Positions 55,294-64,000 of a stretch of DNA of 64,000 bases are shown here, in pieces; the stretch's first letter is position 1, and each line of letters begins with the position of its first letter. The stretch comes from Candidatus Entotheonellaceae bacterium. GTDB lineage: Bacteria; Tectomicrobia; Entotheonellia; Entotheonellales; Entotheonellaceae. A program made the position numbers and the translations under genes. The DNA lies in the NCBI GenBank assembly GCA_965238075.1, contig OZ250173.1, forward strand, positions 1,216,001-1,280,000. The letters are read 5' to 3'. Under the pieces are notes generated by a model. It was given only the letters and a program-made list of their open reading frames with translations, was not told the DNA's origin and did no database searches.

Positions 55294-56049
55294 ATGGGCG
55301 TACGGGGCAAGGTGTGTGTCATCACCGGAGGAGGGAGTGGGATTGGCCGGGGCGCCGCTTTGATGATGGCGGAGCAGGGCGCCAAAATCGTTCCGGTGGG
55401 TCGCACGGCGTCAAAGGTTGAAGCCGTACGGGACGAGATTGCCTCGCTTGGCGGTGAGGCGCTGGCTTTCGGCCTCGACGTTGCCGACTACGATGCGGTT
55501 CGCGCCATGGTCAAGGAGGTATTGGACGCCTTCGGGTGCGTCGACGTCCTCATCAACAACGCCGGGCACAGCTCGCGCCATCGCCGCATTCTGACCACCC
55601 CGCCGGACGAAATCCGCTCCGTCATCGATTCCAATCTCGTGGGGTCGATCTACTGCACGCAGGCGGTGCTGCCGTCCATGCTGGAAGCCAAGGACGGGCT
55701 GATTCTCAACGTCGCCTCATTAGCCGGGGTGCATACCAGCTACCTCGGGGGCATGATCTACAGCGCCGTGAAGGCAGGCGTCATTCATTTCACCCGCTTC
55801 CTCAATTTTGAACTCACTAACACCGGTGTGCGGGCCAGCGTGCTGATTCCCGGTGAAGTGGACACCCCGATCATGGAAAAGCGGCCCGTGCCGCCGACAT
55901 CGGACGACCGCACAACCATGATCGGTATTGACGAGTGCGCCGAAACCTTGACAATGATCGCCGGGCTACCCAAGCGCTCTTCCATATCCGAACTGATCAT
56001 CCGGCCCACCATGATGCGGAACGCCACCGAGGTCGCCGATTTTCCGTAA
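55294..56049 (+). CDS. SDR family oxidoreductase
   Basis: 'TGGGSGIG', 'NNAG', 'YSAVK'. Confidence 0.88.
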   Translation: MGVRGKVCVITGGGSGIGRGAALMMAEQGAKIVPVGRTASKVEAVRDEIASLGGEALAFGLDVADYDAVRAMVKEVLDAFGCVDVLINNAGHSSRHRRILTTPPDEIRSVIDSNLVGSIYCTQAVLPSMLEAKDGLILNVASLAGVHTSYLGGMIYSAVKAGVIHFTRFLNFELTNTGVRASVLIPGEVDTPIMEKRPVPPTSDDRTTMIGIDECAETLTMIAGLPKRSSISELIIRPTMMRNATEVADFP

Positions 56050-56086
56050 GGCAGCCGCCTTCCGGCTGGCCCGGCGGTTTGATCCC

Positions 56087-57262
56087 CTATTCCTTCGGTA
56101 GTCCCAGAACCCGCTCGCCGATGATGTTCCGCTGAATCTCCGACGTCCCCGAAAAGATGGTCTCGGCCCGGCTGTAGAGGAAGTAGTACTGCAGGTCCAC
56201 CGGCGTGGGATAATACGGCGACTCCGGGGAAAGCTGGGAGAGCGGACCGAGCAGTTCCTGGCCGATCTCCTGCATGTACTGATCCGTCTCGCTCCAGTAC
56301 AGCTTGTCCAACGACGCCTCGGGCCCCGGCTCCTTGCCGCGCAGGTGGCTGGTGATGGTGCGGTAGTTGTTCAGGCGCATCAGATCGACGCGGATGTAGG
56401 CGTCGGCGAGCTTCTGGCGCACGATGGCGTCGGCGCTGAGCGGCTTGCCCTTGCGGGTGGTCTTCCGCGCCACGTCGACAATGTCGTCGAGGCGGCGCTT
56501 AACGGTGACTTGGGTCCCGAACGACGCGGTGCCGCGCTCGTGGGTGAGGGTCGTCATGGCGATGCCCCAGCCGGCGTTGAGTCCGCCCAGGAGCTGCGAT
56601 TTGGGCACCCGAACATTGTCGAAGAAAACCTCGTTGAATTCGGAGCCTCCGGTGATCTGTTTGAGAGGCTTGACGGTGACGCCGGGGCTGTGCATGTCCA
56701 CCATCAGATAGCTGATCCCCCGGTGCTTCGGCGCCTCCGGGTCGGTGCGCACCAAGAGGATGCACATGTCGGCGTGCTGGGCCATGCTGGTCCAGATCTT
56801 CTGGCCGTTGACGACAAAATCATCGCCGTCCGCCACCGCGCGGGTCTGCAGCGAGGCGAGGTCGGAGCCGGAGTTGGGCTCGGAAAACCCCTGGCACCAA
56901 ATTTCCTCGCCACTCAGAATTTTGGGGATATAGCGTTTCTTCTGGGCTTCCGTGCCGTGCGACATGAGCGTCGGGCCAACGATCATCAGTCCCAACAGAT
57001 TGGCCATCTCCGGCGCCTCGGCACGGGCCATCTCCTCCGAGAAAACGGCCTGTTCGATCAGCGTCGCACCGCGTCCGCCGTATTCCTTCGGCCAGTGGAT
57101 GCCCGCCCAGCCCGCGTCGTACATCTTGCGCTGCCAGGCACGGCGGTACTGAAAGGCCTCGTCCGGGTCCTTCGGCATCGGCTCCTTCGGCGCGTTGGCT
57201 TCCAGCCAGCTGCGGATGGTCTGCTGAAACGCTATCGCATTGTCGTCAAAACGAATGTCCAT
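56087..57262 (-). CDS. Acyl-CoA dehydrogenase family protein
   Basis: 'WCQGFSEPNSGSDLASL', 'NGQKIWTS', 'FNEVFFDNV', 'GTSEIQRNII'. Confidence 0.93.
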   Translation of the reverse strand: MDIRFDDNAIAFQQTIRSWLEANAPKEPMPKDPDEAFQYRRAWQRKMYDAGWAGIHWPKEYGGRGATLIEQAVFSEEMARAEAPEMANLLGLMIVGPTLMSHGTEAQKKRYIPKILSGEEIWCQGFSEPNSGSDLASLQTRAVADGDDFVVNGQKIWTSMAQHADMCILLVRTDPEAPKHRGISYLMVDMHSPGVTVKPLKQITGGSEFNEVFFDNVRVPKSQLLGGLNAGWGIAMTTLTHERGTASFGTQVTVKRRLDDIVDVARKTTRKGKPLSADAIVRQKLADAYIRVDLMRLNNYRTITSHLRGKEPGPEASLDKLYWSETDQYMQEIGQELLGPLSQLSPESPYYPTPVDLQYYFLYSRAETIFSGTSEIQRNIIGERVLGLPKE

Positions 57263-57394
57263 GGTGAACAGGCCCTCTCACACGGTTAACTTGCCATCGC
57301 CATCTCACGTGGGTCGAAATCGCGCGGTATCATACTGTGCAGCGCCCAACGGCACAACAGGCACTGAACTCGCTTCCCTGGAGGCTCCTAACGC

Positions 57395-58432
57395 ATGCAG
57401 GCGTTCTGGCACGCGCTTCCAAAACCGTTCTTCATTCTGGCGCCGCTTGCCGGTGTGACCGATCCCGCCTTCCGGCGCCTCATCGCCAAGCACGGCAAAC
57501 CGCACGCCATGTGGACGGAGTTCACCTCCGCCGATGGCCTCTGCGCGACCGGCCGCGACCGGCTGCTGCGCGGCCTGGTATACGCGGAAAGCGAACGGCC
57601 CATTGTGGCGCAATTGTTCGGGGCCAAGCCGGACATGATGGAACGGGCAGCGGCTCTGATAGCCGAGTTGGGCTTTGACGGCATTGACATCAACATGGGA
57701 TGCCCGGATTGCAGCGTGGAGAAACGCGGCGCCGGCGCGGCGCTGTGCAAGCGACCCGCCCTGGCTCAGGCGATGGTTCGGGCGGCCAAGCGCGGTGCCG
57801 GCGGCCTGCCCGTATCGGCAAAAATCCGCCTCGGTTACGAGCGCAACGAGCTCGCAATCTGGTTGCCCGCGCTTCTGGAAGCCGAGCCGGTTGCCATAAC
57901 CATCCATGCCCGCACCCGCCAGGAGATGTCGCAGGTGCCCGCCCGCTGGAACGCAATCGCCCAGGCCGTGGACATCCGCAACCGTCTCGGCGCCCCCGCT
58001 TATATTGTCGGCAACGGCGACGTCACCGACCTTGCTGATGCACGCCGCAAAGTGCGCGCCACTGGCACCGACGGCATCATGCTCGGCCGCGCCATATTCG
58101 GCAATCCGTGGCTGTTTGATGAGCGGCGCGCCCTTACCGATGTTCCACCAGCGGAAAAGCTCCGGGTGCTACTCGAACATACGCGCCTGTTTGAGGGACT
58201 TCTGGGGGATATAAAAAGCCTTGACACCATGAAGAAGCACTACAAGGCATACCTGAAGGGCTTCGATGGTGCCAAGGCTTTGTTTTTGCAGCTTATGGAA
58301 GCGCGCGGCGTCAATGAGGTCGAGAGGCGTGTGCGCGCCTGTCCTATCCTCCGAAAAGCACCCTGGGAAGCCACAGAGCCACTTCTGGAAAAAAGAACAC
58401 AACCAGCAGTCCTACCACCTGCAGGACCATGA
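57395..58432 (+). CDS. dus: tRNA-dihydrouridine synthase
   Basis: 'LAPLAGVTD', 'DINMGCP', 'TIHART', 'GNGDV', 'MLGRAIFGNPWLF'. Confidence 0.9.
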   Translation: MQAFWHALPKPFFILAPLAGVTDPAFRRLIAKHGKPHAMWTEFTSADGLCATGRDRLLRGLVYAESERPIVAQLFGAKPDMMERAAALIAELGFDGIDINMGCPDCSVEKRGAGAALCKRPALAQAMVRAAKRGAGGLPVSAKIRLGYERNELAIWLPALLEAEPVAITIHARTRQEMSQVPARWNAIAQAVDIRNRLGAPAYIVGNGDVTDLADARRKVRATGTDGIMLGRAIFGNPWLFDERRALTDVPPAEKLRVLLEHTRLFEGLLGDIKSLDTMKKHYKAYLKGFDGAKALFLQLMEARGVNEVERRVRACPILRKAPWEATEPLLEKRTQPAVLPPAGP

Positions 58433-59705
58433 ACTGCATCATGCCGTTGTAGATGTCCGACAGCTCCCACTCCGGCGCAACGCCCTTGAGGTAGTAGGCG
58501 GCCATCGCCACCGGCGGCGACAGGAAAGCCGTCTGCAGATTCACCGCCACCAGTGTACAGAACCAGACCAGGGTCGCCTGCGGCTCGATGCCCGGCAACA
58601 GTGGGTTGGCCGGGTCCGATTGCAGGGCTTCGACGACGGGGAGGAAAATCGGCACGAAGATCAGCACGATCGCCGGCCATTCCAGCGGCCAACCGAGCAC
58701 GAAGATGACCACCATCAGGATGATGATCATGGCCATCGGCGGCACTGGCAGGGCCAGCATGGTTTCGGTGATGAGCGTCGCCGTGCCCAGGCGGGCGAAT
58801 ACGGATCCGTAGATGTTCGAGGCCACGGCCAGGAACAACACCATGCTGGAGGTTCCGAGCGTGCTCAGGGTCGCTTCGCGCAGCATGGACCAGTTCAGCC
58901 GCCCGTACAGCGCGGCCAGCAACAGGGCGCCCAAGGCCGCCATAGCAGACGCCTCGGTCGGCGTCGCCAGCCCGGCAATGATACTGCCCAAGGCGGCGAA
59001 TACGACAACCGCCAGCGGCACGATGCCCAGGAAGAATTCGCGGATCACCATCCAGAAAGATTCCGGTTGCTCCTCGGGTGGCAGCGGCGGCCCGAGGTCT
59101 GGATCGATCTGGCAGCGGATGAACGTGTAGCCGAAATACAGCCCGGAAAGAATGAGACCCGGCACGATCGCGGCGGCAAAAAGCTGTACCACGGACACCC
59201 CGACCACCGGTCCCAGAACGACCAACAACACACTGGGCGGAATGAGGATACCCAGGCAGCCGCCAGCCGTGATGACGCCAGCGGACAGGGCCGTGTTGTA
59301 ACGGCTGCGTATCATCGCCGGCGCGGCCAGCAACCCCATGACGGTGACGGAAGCGCCGATAATGCCGGTCGCCGTGGCAAAAATCGTCGACACGAACAAC
59401 ACGCCGAGGAACAACGAACCCTTGACCCGCGCCAGGATGAACTGGAACGATAGAAAGAGGCGCTCCATCAGCCCCGCCTGCTCCAGGAGGTGCCCCATGA
59501 ATATGAACAGAGGCACGGCGGCCAGGGTCTCCTCTTTCATGATCTGCCAGGTCTGGAAAAACATCAGGAAGAAGACCACCTTGCCGAAGCCGATGTACCC
59601 GAACACGACGGCGAGGATGATCAGGGTAAAGGCAATCGGAAAGCCGATGAAAATACACGTGATGAGGGCGACAAGAAGGATCAGGCCAAGGTATTCCGGA
59701 TTCAT
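58344..59705 (-). CDS. dctM: TRAP transporter large permease
   Basis: 'AVPLFIFMG', 'GILIPPS', 'ATPTEA', 'FLSPP'. Confidence 0.92.
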   Translation of the reverse strand: MNPEYLGLILLVALITCIFIGFPIAFTLIILAVVFGYIGFGKVVFFLMFFQTWQIMKEETLAAVPLFIFMGHLLEQAGLMERLFLSFQFILARVKGSLFLGVLFVSTIFATATGIIGASVTVMGLLAAPAMIRSRYNTALSAGVITAGGCLGILIPPSVLLVVLGPVVGVSVVQLFAAAIVPGLILSGLYFGYTFIRCQIDPDLGPPLPPEEQPESFWMVIREFFLGIVPLAVVVFAALGSIIAGLATPTEASAMAALGALLLAALYGRLNWSMLREATLSTLGTSSMVLFLAVASNIYGSVFARLGTATLITETMLALPVPPMAMIIILMVVIFVLGWPLEWPAIVLIFVPIFLPVVEALQSDPANPLLPGIEPQATLVWFCTLVAVNLQTAFLSPPVAMAAYYLKGVAPEWELSDIYNGMMQFMVLQVVGLLVVFFFPEVALWLPRVLFGG

Positions 59706-60301
59706 AGGATGTCGCCTCTCAGAACGGGTGGCTCGCTTTTAATGAGGGGTTCGCCTTTAATGGCGGCGTACGCGCTCTTCATGAACTCCGAGGCCCCTTG
59801 GAGGATCAGGAGGCCCGCGGCGACGGGCACGACGGTTTTGAAGGGATAGATGATCGGGCGCCACGGGCTGGCATCCGAGCGCTCGCCAATTCCCCACGAT
59901 TGCATTGCCTCTGCCCAGCCGGCAAACATGAAGAAGAGCATCCCCGGGAAGAAAAAAAACAGGTACATGCTCGCATCCACGATGCCTTTCCATTGCACGG
60001 TGAACTTCTCGTACAGCATGTCGGTGCGGATGTGGCTGCCTTTGTACAGGGTGTAGGCAGCACCCAACATGAAGTGAGAACCGTACAGGATGTACGTCAC
60101 GTCATAGGCCCAGATGGTGGGCGCGTTGAAGAGATAGCGGGCAAAAACCTCGTAGCACAGGCCGCCCACCATGGGCAACACAAGCCCGGCAAAGAGCAGG
60201 CCCGACCCCCGCCCGATGACGGTATCGATGATGCGCACCGCAAGAACCAGCGCCTTGGGCGGCACCTCTTCCGGGGATGCGGTCTCGTTTTCAGCAACCA
60301 T
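59702..60301 (-). CDS. dctQ: TRAP transporter small permease
   Basis: 'YEVFARYLFNAPTIWA', 'HIRTD'; four TM segments. Confidence 0.9.
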   Translation of the reverse strand: MVAENETASPEEVPPKALVLAVRIIDTVIGRGSGLLFAGLVLPMVGGLCYEVFARYLFNAPTIWAYDVTYILYGSHFMLGAAYTLYKGSHIRTDMLYEKFTVQWKGIVDASMYLFFFFPGMLFFMFAGWAEAMQSWGIGERSDASPWRPIIYPFKTVVPVAAGLLILQGASEFMKSAYAAIKGEPLIKSEPPVLRGDIL

Positions 60302-60339
60302 GCTGGGCTCCCATCCTGGCAGCGGGAAAAGATAGACGC

Positions 60340-60386
60340 TAACACGCCCAAGGCCCGTTTGTGCAACCGGCCCTTGGGCGTGTTGT
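60340..60386. terminator. Strong stem-loop between dctP and dctQ (terminator or mRNA-stabilising hairpin)
   Basis: aacacgcccaagg ... ccttgggcgtgtt perfect 13-bp inverted repeat. Confidence 0.6.
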
Positions 60387-60410
60387 TACCTCACTCTCAA
60401 GGGGCTTTCC

Positions 60411-61535
60411 TTACTTCAGGAAAATCAGGTCTTTCCAGTAGTAGTCACCGGCGAACTCGTACGGCGGCCACACGGAGCGCCGATACGGAACCAGCAACGA
60501 GGCATACGCCTTTTGGGATTCGACCACACGCTTGATGAAGGGATCCTCGGCCACTTTCTGCGCGAGGATTTTGTCGTAGGTCTTGAGAAAGGTGATGAGG
60601 ATGTCGTCCGGCGTGCGGCGGACCTCGACGCCGTGCTTCTCCACCATTTCCTTGTACGCCTCGGCGTTCTGGCGCTGCCAGCTTACCCACCAGTGGAAGA
60701 AAGTGGCCTGCGTCGCGGCGCGCACGATCTCCTGGAGGTCGGGTGCCAAGCTATCCCAGGTGCTCTTGTTGATCAGCAGGTCACCAACGGTGGTAGGTTC
60801 GTGCATGCCGGGGGTGTAGTGATATTTCCAGACATTGTGGAAGCCGAGCTTGAGGTCCTCGATGCCGCCCACCCATTCGGCGCCGTCGATGACGCCGCGC
60901 TCGGCCGCCGGCAGAATTTCGGCGCCCGGCAGGGTCACGACGGTCATGCCCGCCTCTTTGAACACGTCGGCGCCGATGCCATAGATGCGGAACTTGACGC
61001 CCTTGAAATCATCCCACCCCTCGATAGGCTTCTTGAACCAGCCCAGGGCCTGCGGCGCCGCCGCCAGGATGGGGAAGCTGACGACATCGAGCCGCAAGAC
61101 TTCCTGGTACCATTCGTTGATCAGCTCCAGGCCGCCGCCTTCCCAGATCCAGCCGAACATGTCAATGGTGTCCATGCCGAAGAGCGGCCCGTGGGACAGC
61201 GGCACAGCAGCCCAGTGCTTGCCGATGTAATAGCCGGGCGCCGTGTGGCCGCCGTCGATGACGCCGCGCGCCGTGGCGTCGAGGACCTCGAACGGCCCCA
61301 CCACGGTGCCGGCGGGTAGCGTGTTAATCTTCAACCGGCCACCCGACATTTTGTCTACCTTGTCGGCGAACATCTCGAAATTGTCGTACAGCGTCAGGCC
61401 CGACGGCCAACTGGCTTGAAACGTAAGTGTTTTGCTCTGCGCCAGGGTCTCCGGCACCTCCCCGGGACCCAAGCCAAACATGAGTGCCAGCACAACCAGC
61501 GCGCTGCTCATCCCGACCCACATCCGTCTACTCAT
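60411..61535 (-). CDS. dctP: TRAP transporter substrate-binding protein (TakP-like)
   Basis: Signal peptide; 'MSGGRLKI', 'GWFKKPI', 'GVIDGAEW', 'PGMHEP'. Confidence 0.9.
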   Translation of the reverse strand: MSRRMWVGMSSALVVLALMFGLGPGEVPETLAQSKTLTFQASWPSGLTLYDNFEMFADKVDKMSGGRLKINTLPAGTVVGPFEVLDATARGVIDGGHTAPGYYIGKHWAAVPLSHGPLFGMDTIDMFGWIWEGGGLELINEWYQEVLRLDVVSFPILAAAPQALGWFKKPIEGWDDFKGVKFRIYGIGADVFKEAGMTVVTLPGAEILPAAERGVIDGAEWVGGIEDLKLGFHNVWKYHYTPGMHEPTTVGDLLINKSTWDSLAPDLQEIVRAATQATFFHWWVSWQRQNAEAYKEMVEKHGVEVRRTPDDILITFLKTYDKILAQKVAEDPFIKRVVESQKAYASLLVPYRRSVWPPYEFAGDYYWKDLIFLK

Positions 61536-61638
61536 TCCCGCTTCTCCTTCGAGTAAGGTCTTCCCAAAAAAGTGCGCCATCCTAACAAAGATGGAACCGC
61601 TGTCAACCCCGATCCCCCGCACCTTGGCCGCGTCGGAA

Positions 61639-62286
61639 TCAGGACGAGATCACCCATTTTTCATCGTTGGCAACCCGCTCAATCTCCCCTTCCAGCTGCC
61701 GGAAGGCATCCAGCCCGCGCAGAGTTTGAAAATCTTTGATATGCACAGACACTTGCTGTAAGTGGGTGGGCAATTTTCTGGCAAATTGTTTCAATCGGCG
61801 GCCTTGGAGACCACTCGCATCACGCATGAGGCCGTAGAGGGTTTCTTTGGGGTCTTGTAAAGCTTCTAGGTCATTCACATCCGGTAGGCTCAACGGTTGG
61901 CTGCCATTGGGATTTCCAGCAGCGCGCCGCAACGCAGCTTCGTCGATGAGCAACCAAGCTTCCAACATTCGCACCGGAACAACGCAGACAAAAGGTGGGG
62001 GAGCTTGCAGCCCGCTTTTTTCCACAGCCTGGCAGATCTCTTCCACACGCTTGCCAACTGACTCTCCCTCCGCGTCCCGGTGCACAAATAGCAGATCACA
62101 AGGATATAGTTTAATGCTTTGTTGAATCCGCTCGGAAAGTTTTTTCGGAGGTTCCGGCAGATCCCGTAGATCAGCAAACGTCGGTATGATTACCTCACAG
62201 TACCGGCGCAGCAGCCACGTGAGAATCGGTATGACAGCCCGGTCGGAAGATCCGTCACCCAGCAGTGTATAACGCAGTCTTTGCAT
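61639..62286 (-). CDS. DUF4276/RloB-like TOPRIM-type protein
   Basis: 'GDGSSD', 'FVHRDAE', 'VPVRMLEAWLL', 'DPKE'; follows ATPase. Confidence 0.65.
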   Translation of the reverse strand: MQRLRYTLLGDGSSDRAVIPILTWLLRRYCEVIIPTFADLRDLPEPPKKLSERIQQSIKLYPCDLLFVHRDAEGESVGKRVEEICQAVEKSGLQAPPPFVCVVPVRMLEAWLLIDEAALRRAAGNPNGSQPLSLPDVNDLEALQDPKETLYGLMRDASGLQGRRLKQFARKLPTHLQQVSVHIKDFQTLRGLDAFRQLEGEIERVANDEKWVISS

Positions 62287-62298
62287 TTGACACCAGAT

Positions 62299-63792
62299 TT
62301 ACCAAGCAGACGACAGAAGCAGTTGCTGTGCATCTTCCCTGTCGACCACCCGTCTCCCTTCCACTGGTGTCTCCAGTCGATCCTTTGGGAGCACCGAGTT
62401 CAAATAAGCGAGCAGATCACCGGGGGCTACTTCATTCGATTCCTCAATTCCTCTGGTTCTCCACGTGTCCGGCAACCAACAGAAGTGGGCTGTTTTGAAC
62501 AAATGCCCCGCCCCGTCCATAGCCTCTACCGTCTTTACGAATAAAACGCTCTCGTCCAGGACCTGCTTAAACACCGCCGGCGAGTGCGTGTTAACGATCA
62601 CCTGGCGTAGCGGATTATCGGGTCCTATGGCTTCCCGGGTATCCACTGCAATATCGCGCAGCAGATCCAGGATGGACGGAATCCGCGCTGGGTGGATGCC
62701 GTTCTCGGGTTCTTCCAAACAAAGCACGCCTTGGTTTTGCGGATCCATTTCCAGAACGGCCAGGGCCAAGAAGCGCAGGGTACCATCCGACAGTGCCTGG
62801 GCAGGATGCGGGGTTCCACCTCTGTCCTTTACGTACAAGGTCAACAATTCTCGTTTTTCATCCCTGTCGATATAGAGGTCGTACACATCATCAATAAGTT
62901 CAATCAATCGGTTGGCGATCTGACTATATGTCTGGATTATTTTTGCCTCTTCCACCAAACCGTTGCCTTCTCCTTTTCCGGCATCGCGAGCCAAGCGGTA
63001 CAACGTGGCCGCCAAATGGCTGCCATCCGTCCCCAGACGCGTGGAGGAGGAGAATTCATCTGGCCGCCTGAGCGCCGCGGGTTCCAGCTGCAGCATTCGC
63101 CACGCTTCCATTTCCCGACGGGCCACTAGAACAGTAGGGCTTTCGGCAGCGTTTGCTACCGAAAGGACGGTGCGAGGCAAGTTGGCCGCCGGCCTAGGCA
63201 AGGGGCGGCCACTGCTCCCGCCATCCTGATGCAAGTTTATAATTCTGTTCTCGCCTTCTATCTTGGTGGAAATGAATGGCGCGTTTGTGCGCCGGCCGTC
63301 CACGACCGACTCTCGCCAATGCTTTGCGCTATGAGGGAATAACAGGTGCTTCAAGGCGTCCCGCTGGGAAATGTGCACCAGCTCCTCTTTCATAATTTCG
63401 AGAGCTCCTGGTAACAGACTGTCGCCAGTCTCTCGATAGGCTAGTTCCAGGGAATAGCGCAAAAACGTGATGGTGGCCTTGGCTTCCTGACCCAGATCGT
63501 CGACGGCTTTCCTCGGCACGAGCATCTCGGCCTCAAAGGACATCTTTTTGGCATAGAGGTCACCCATGCGATGAAAGAGGCTGCGCATATTCGCCGTACG
63601 GCCGTCCTGGTCCCGTACGGAGGCGGCGGCCTCCATAAGCGTGTGATTGGCCAGCACACTCAGAAACCGGATCGCGTCGAAGAGATTCGATTTGCCCACT
63701 GCATTGGGCCCGACCACACAGGTGAACGGACCAAAGCGTACATCCACGTCTACAAGGTTCTTGAAACCAGAGACTTTCAGTCGGGTCAGCAT
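62299..63792 (-). CDS. ABC/AAA_21-type ATPase
   Basis: 'LKVSGFKNL', Walker A 'GPNAVGKSN', signature 'LSDGT', Walker B 'LEEPENGIHP', H-loop 'NTHSP'. Confidence 0.9.
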   Translation of the reverse strand: MLTRLKVSGFKNLVDVDVRFGPFTCVVGPNAVGKSNLFDAIRFLSVLANHTLMEAAASVRDQDGRTANMRSLFHRMGDLYAKKMSFEAEMLVPRKAVDDLGQEAKATITFLRYSLELAYRETGDSLLPGALEIMKEELVHISQRDALKHLLFPHSAKHWRESVVDGRRTNAPFISTKIEGENRIINLHQDGGSSGRPLPRPAANLPRTVLSVANAAESPTVLVARREMEAWRMLQLEPAALRRPDEFSSSTRLGTDGSHLAATLYRLARDAGKGEGNGLVEEAKIIQTYSQIANRLIELIDDVYDLYIDRDEKRELLTLYVKDRGGTPHPAQALSDGTLRFLALAVLEMDPQNQGVLCLEEPENGIHPARIPSILDLLRDIAVDTREAIGPDNPLRQVIVNTHSPAVFKQVLDESVLFVKTVEAMDGAGHLFKTAHFCWLPDTWRTRGIEESNEVAPGDLLAYLNSVLPKDRLETPVEGRRVVDREDAQQLLLSSAW

Positions 63793-64000
63793 GAGCTATC
63801 TCCAAATTTTGGGCTTTAGCTACGTCAACTGAGGTGTCTCCGCAGAGACGGCTCGGTTCGTCGGCTGGTTTAAGGAGCCTGACCTAATCTCTGCCCACCA
63901 AGCGATGAAGATTGTTACCGCACCAAGTGCTCATACACCGCCTGCAGGCCCGCGCGGCCGATGCGCTGGCGGGCGAAACGCATGCTGCTGACGCGGCGGT

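Noticed and set aside
63914-64000. Possible 3' end of a minus-strand gene ('RRVSSMRFARQRIGRAGLQAVYEHLVR*')
   Set aside because: Too short at the window edge to assign.
1-64000. tRNA, rRNA, CRISPR arrays, intact transposases or integrases
   Set aside because: None recognised by eye; a covariance-model search was not possible.

Overview
GC-rich bacterial chromosomal window. The gene content (Tol-Pal, PilT, Box benzoate pathway, Tat-exported family-5 binding proteins, PQQ dehydrogenase, TRAP) fits a diderm heterotroph; taxonomy cannot be fixed from sequence alone. Positions 342-7894 hold a translationally coupled defence operon: type III-like Mod, TIR-domain protein, MNT-HEPN toxin-antitoxin pair, Res, a tiny HicA-like remnant and HicB. 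The most striking feature lies inside mod. A ~470-nt insertion (2548-3019), bounded by inverted arrays of a 7-nt AGTTTTN repeat, carries a complete four-helix-bundle (23S rRNA IVS / Avd-like) gene with its own RBS in the +1 frame, while the Mod frame stays open throughout. A short, gene-less hairpin built from the same heptamers sits in frame inside res (6228-6300). The rest is transport and metabolism: panB, ABC and TRAP transporters, an imuB-dnaE2 SOS cassette with a LexA-like box, boxC-boxB-benzoate-CoA ligase, xth, metG, nuoB, tol-pal and a probable lanthanide-type PQQ dehydrogenase. There are also several REP/RPE-like palindromic repeats, a decayed TA islet, an IS5-like relic and a terminal ATPase + DUF4276-like pair. 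All family assignments come from motif recognition, not database searches.
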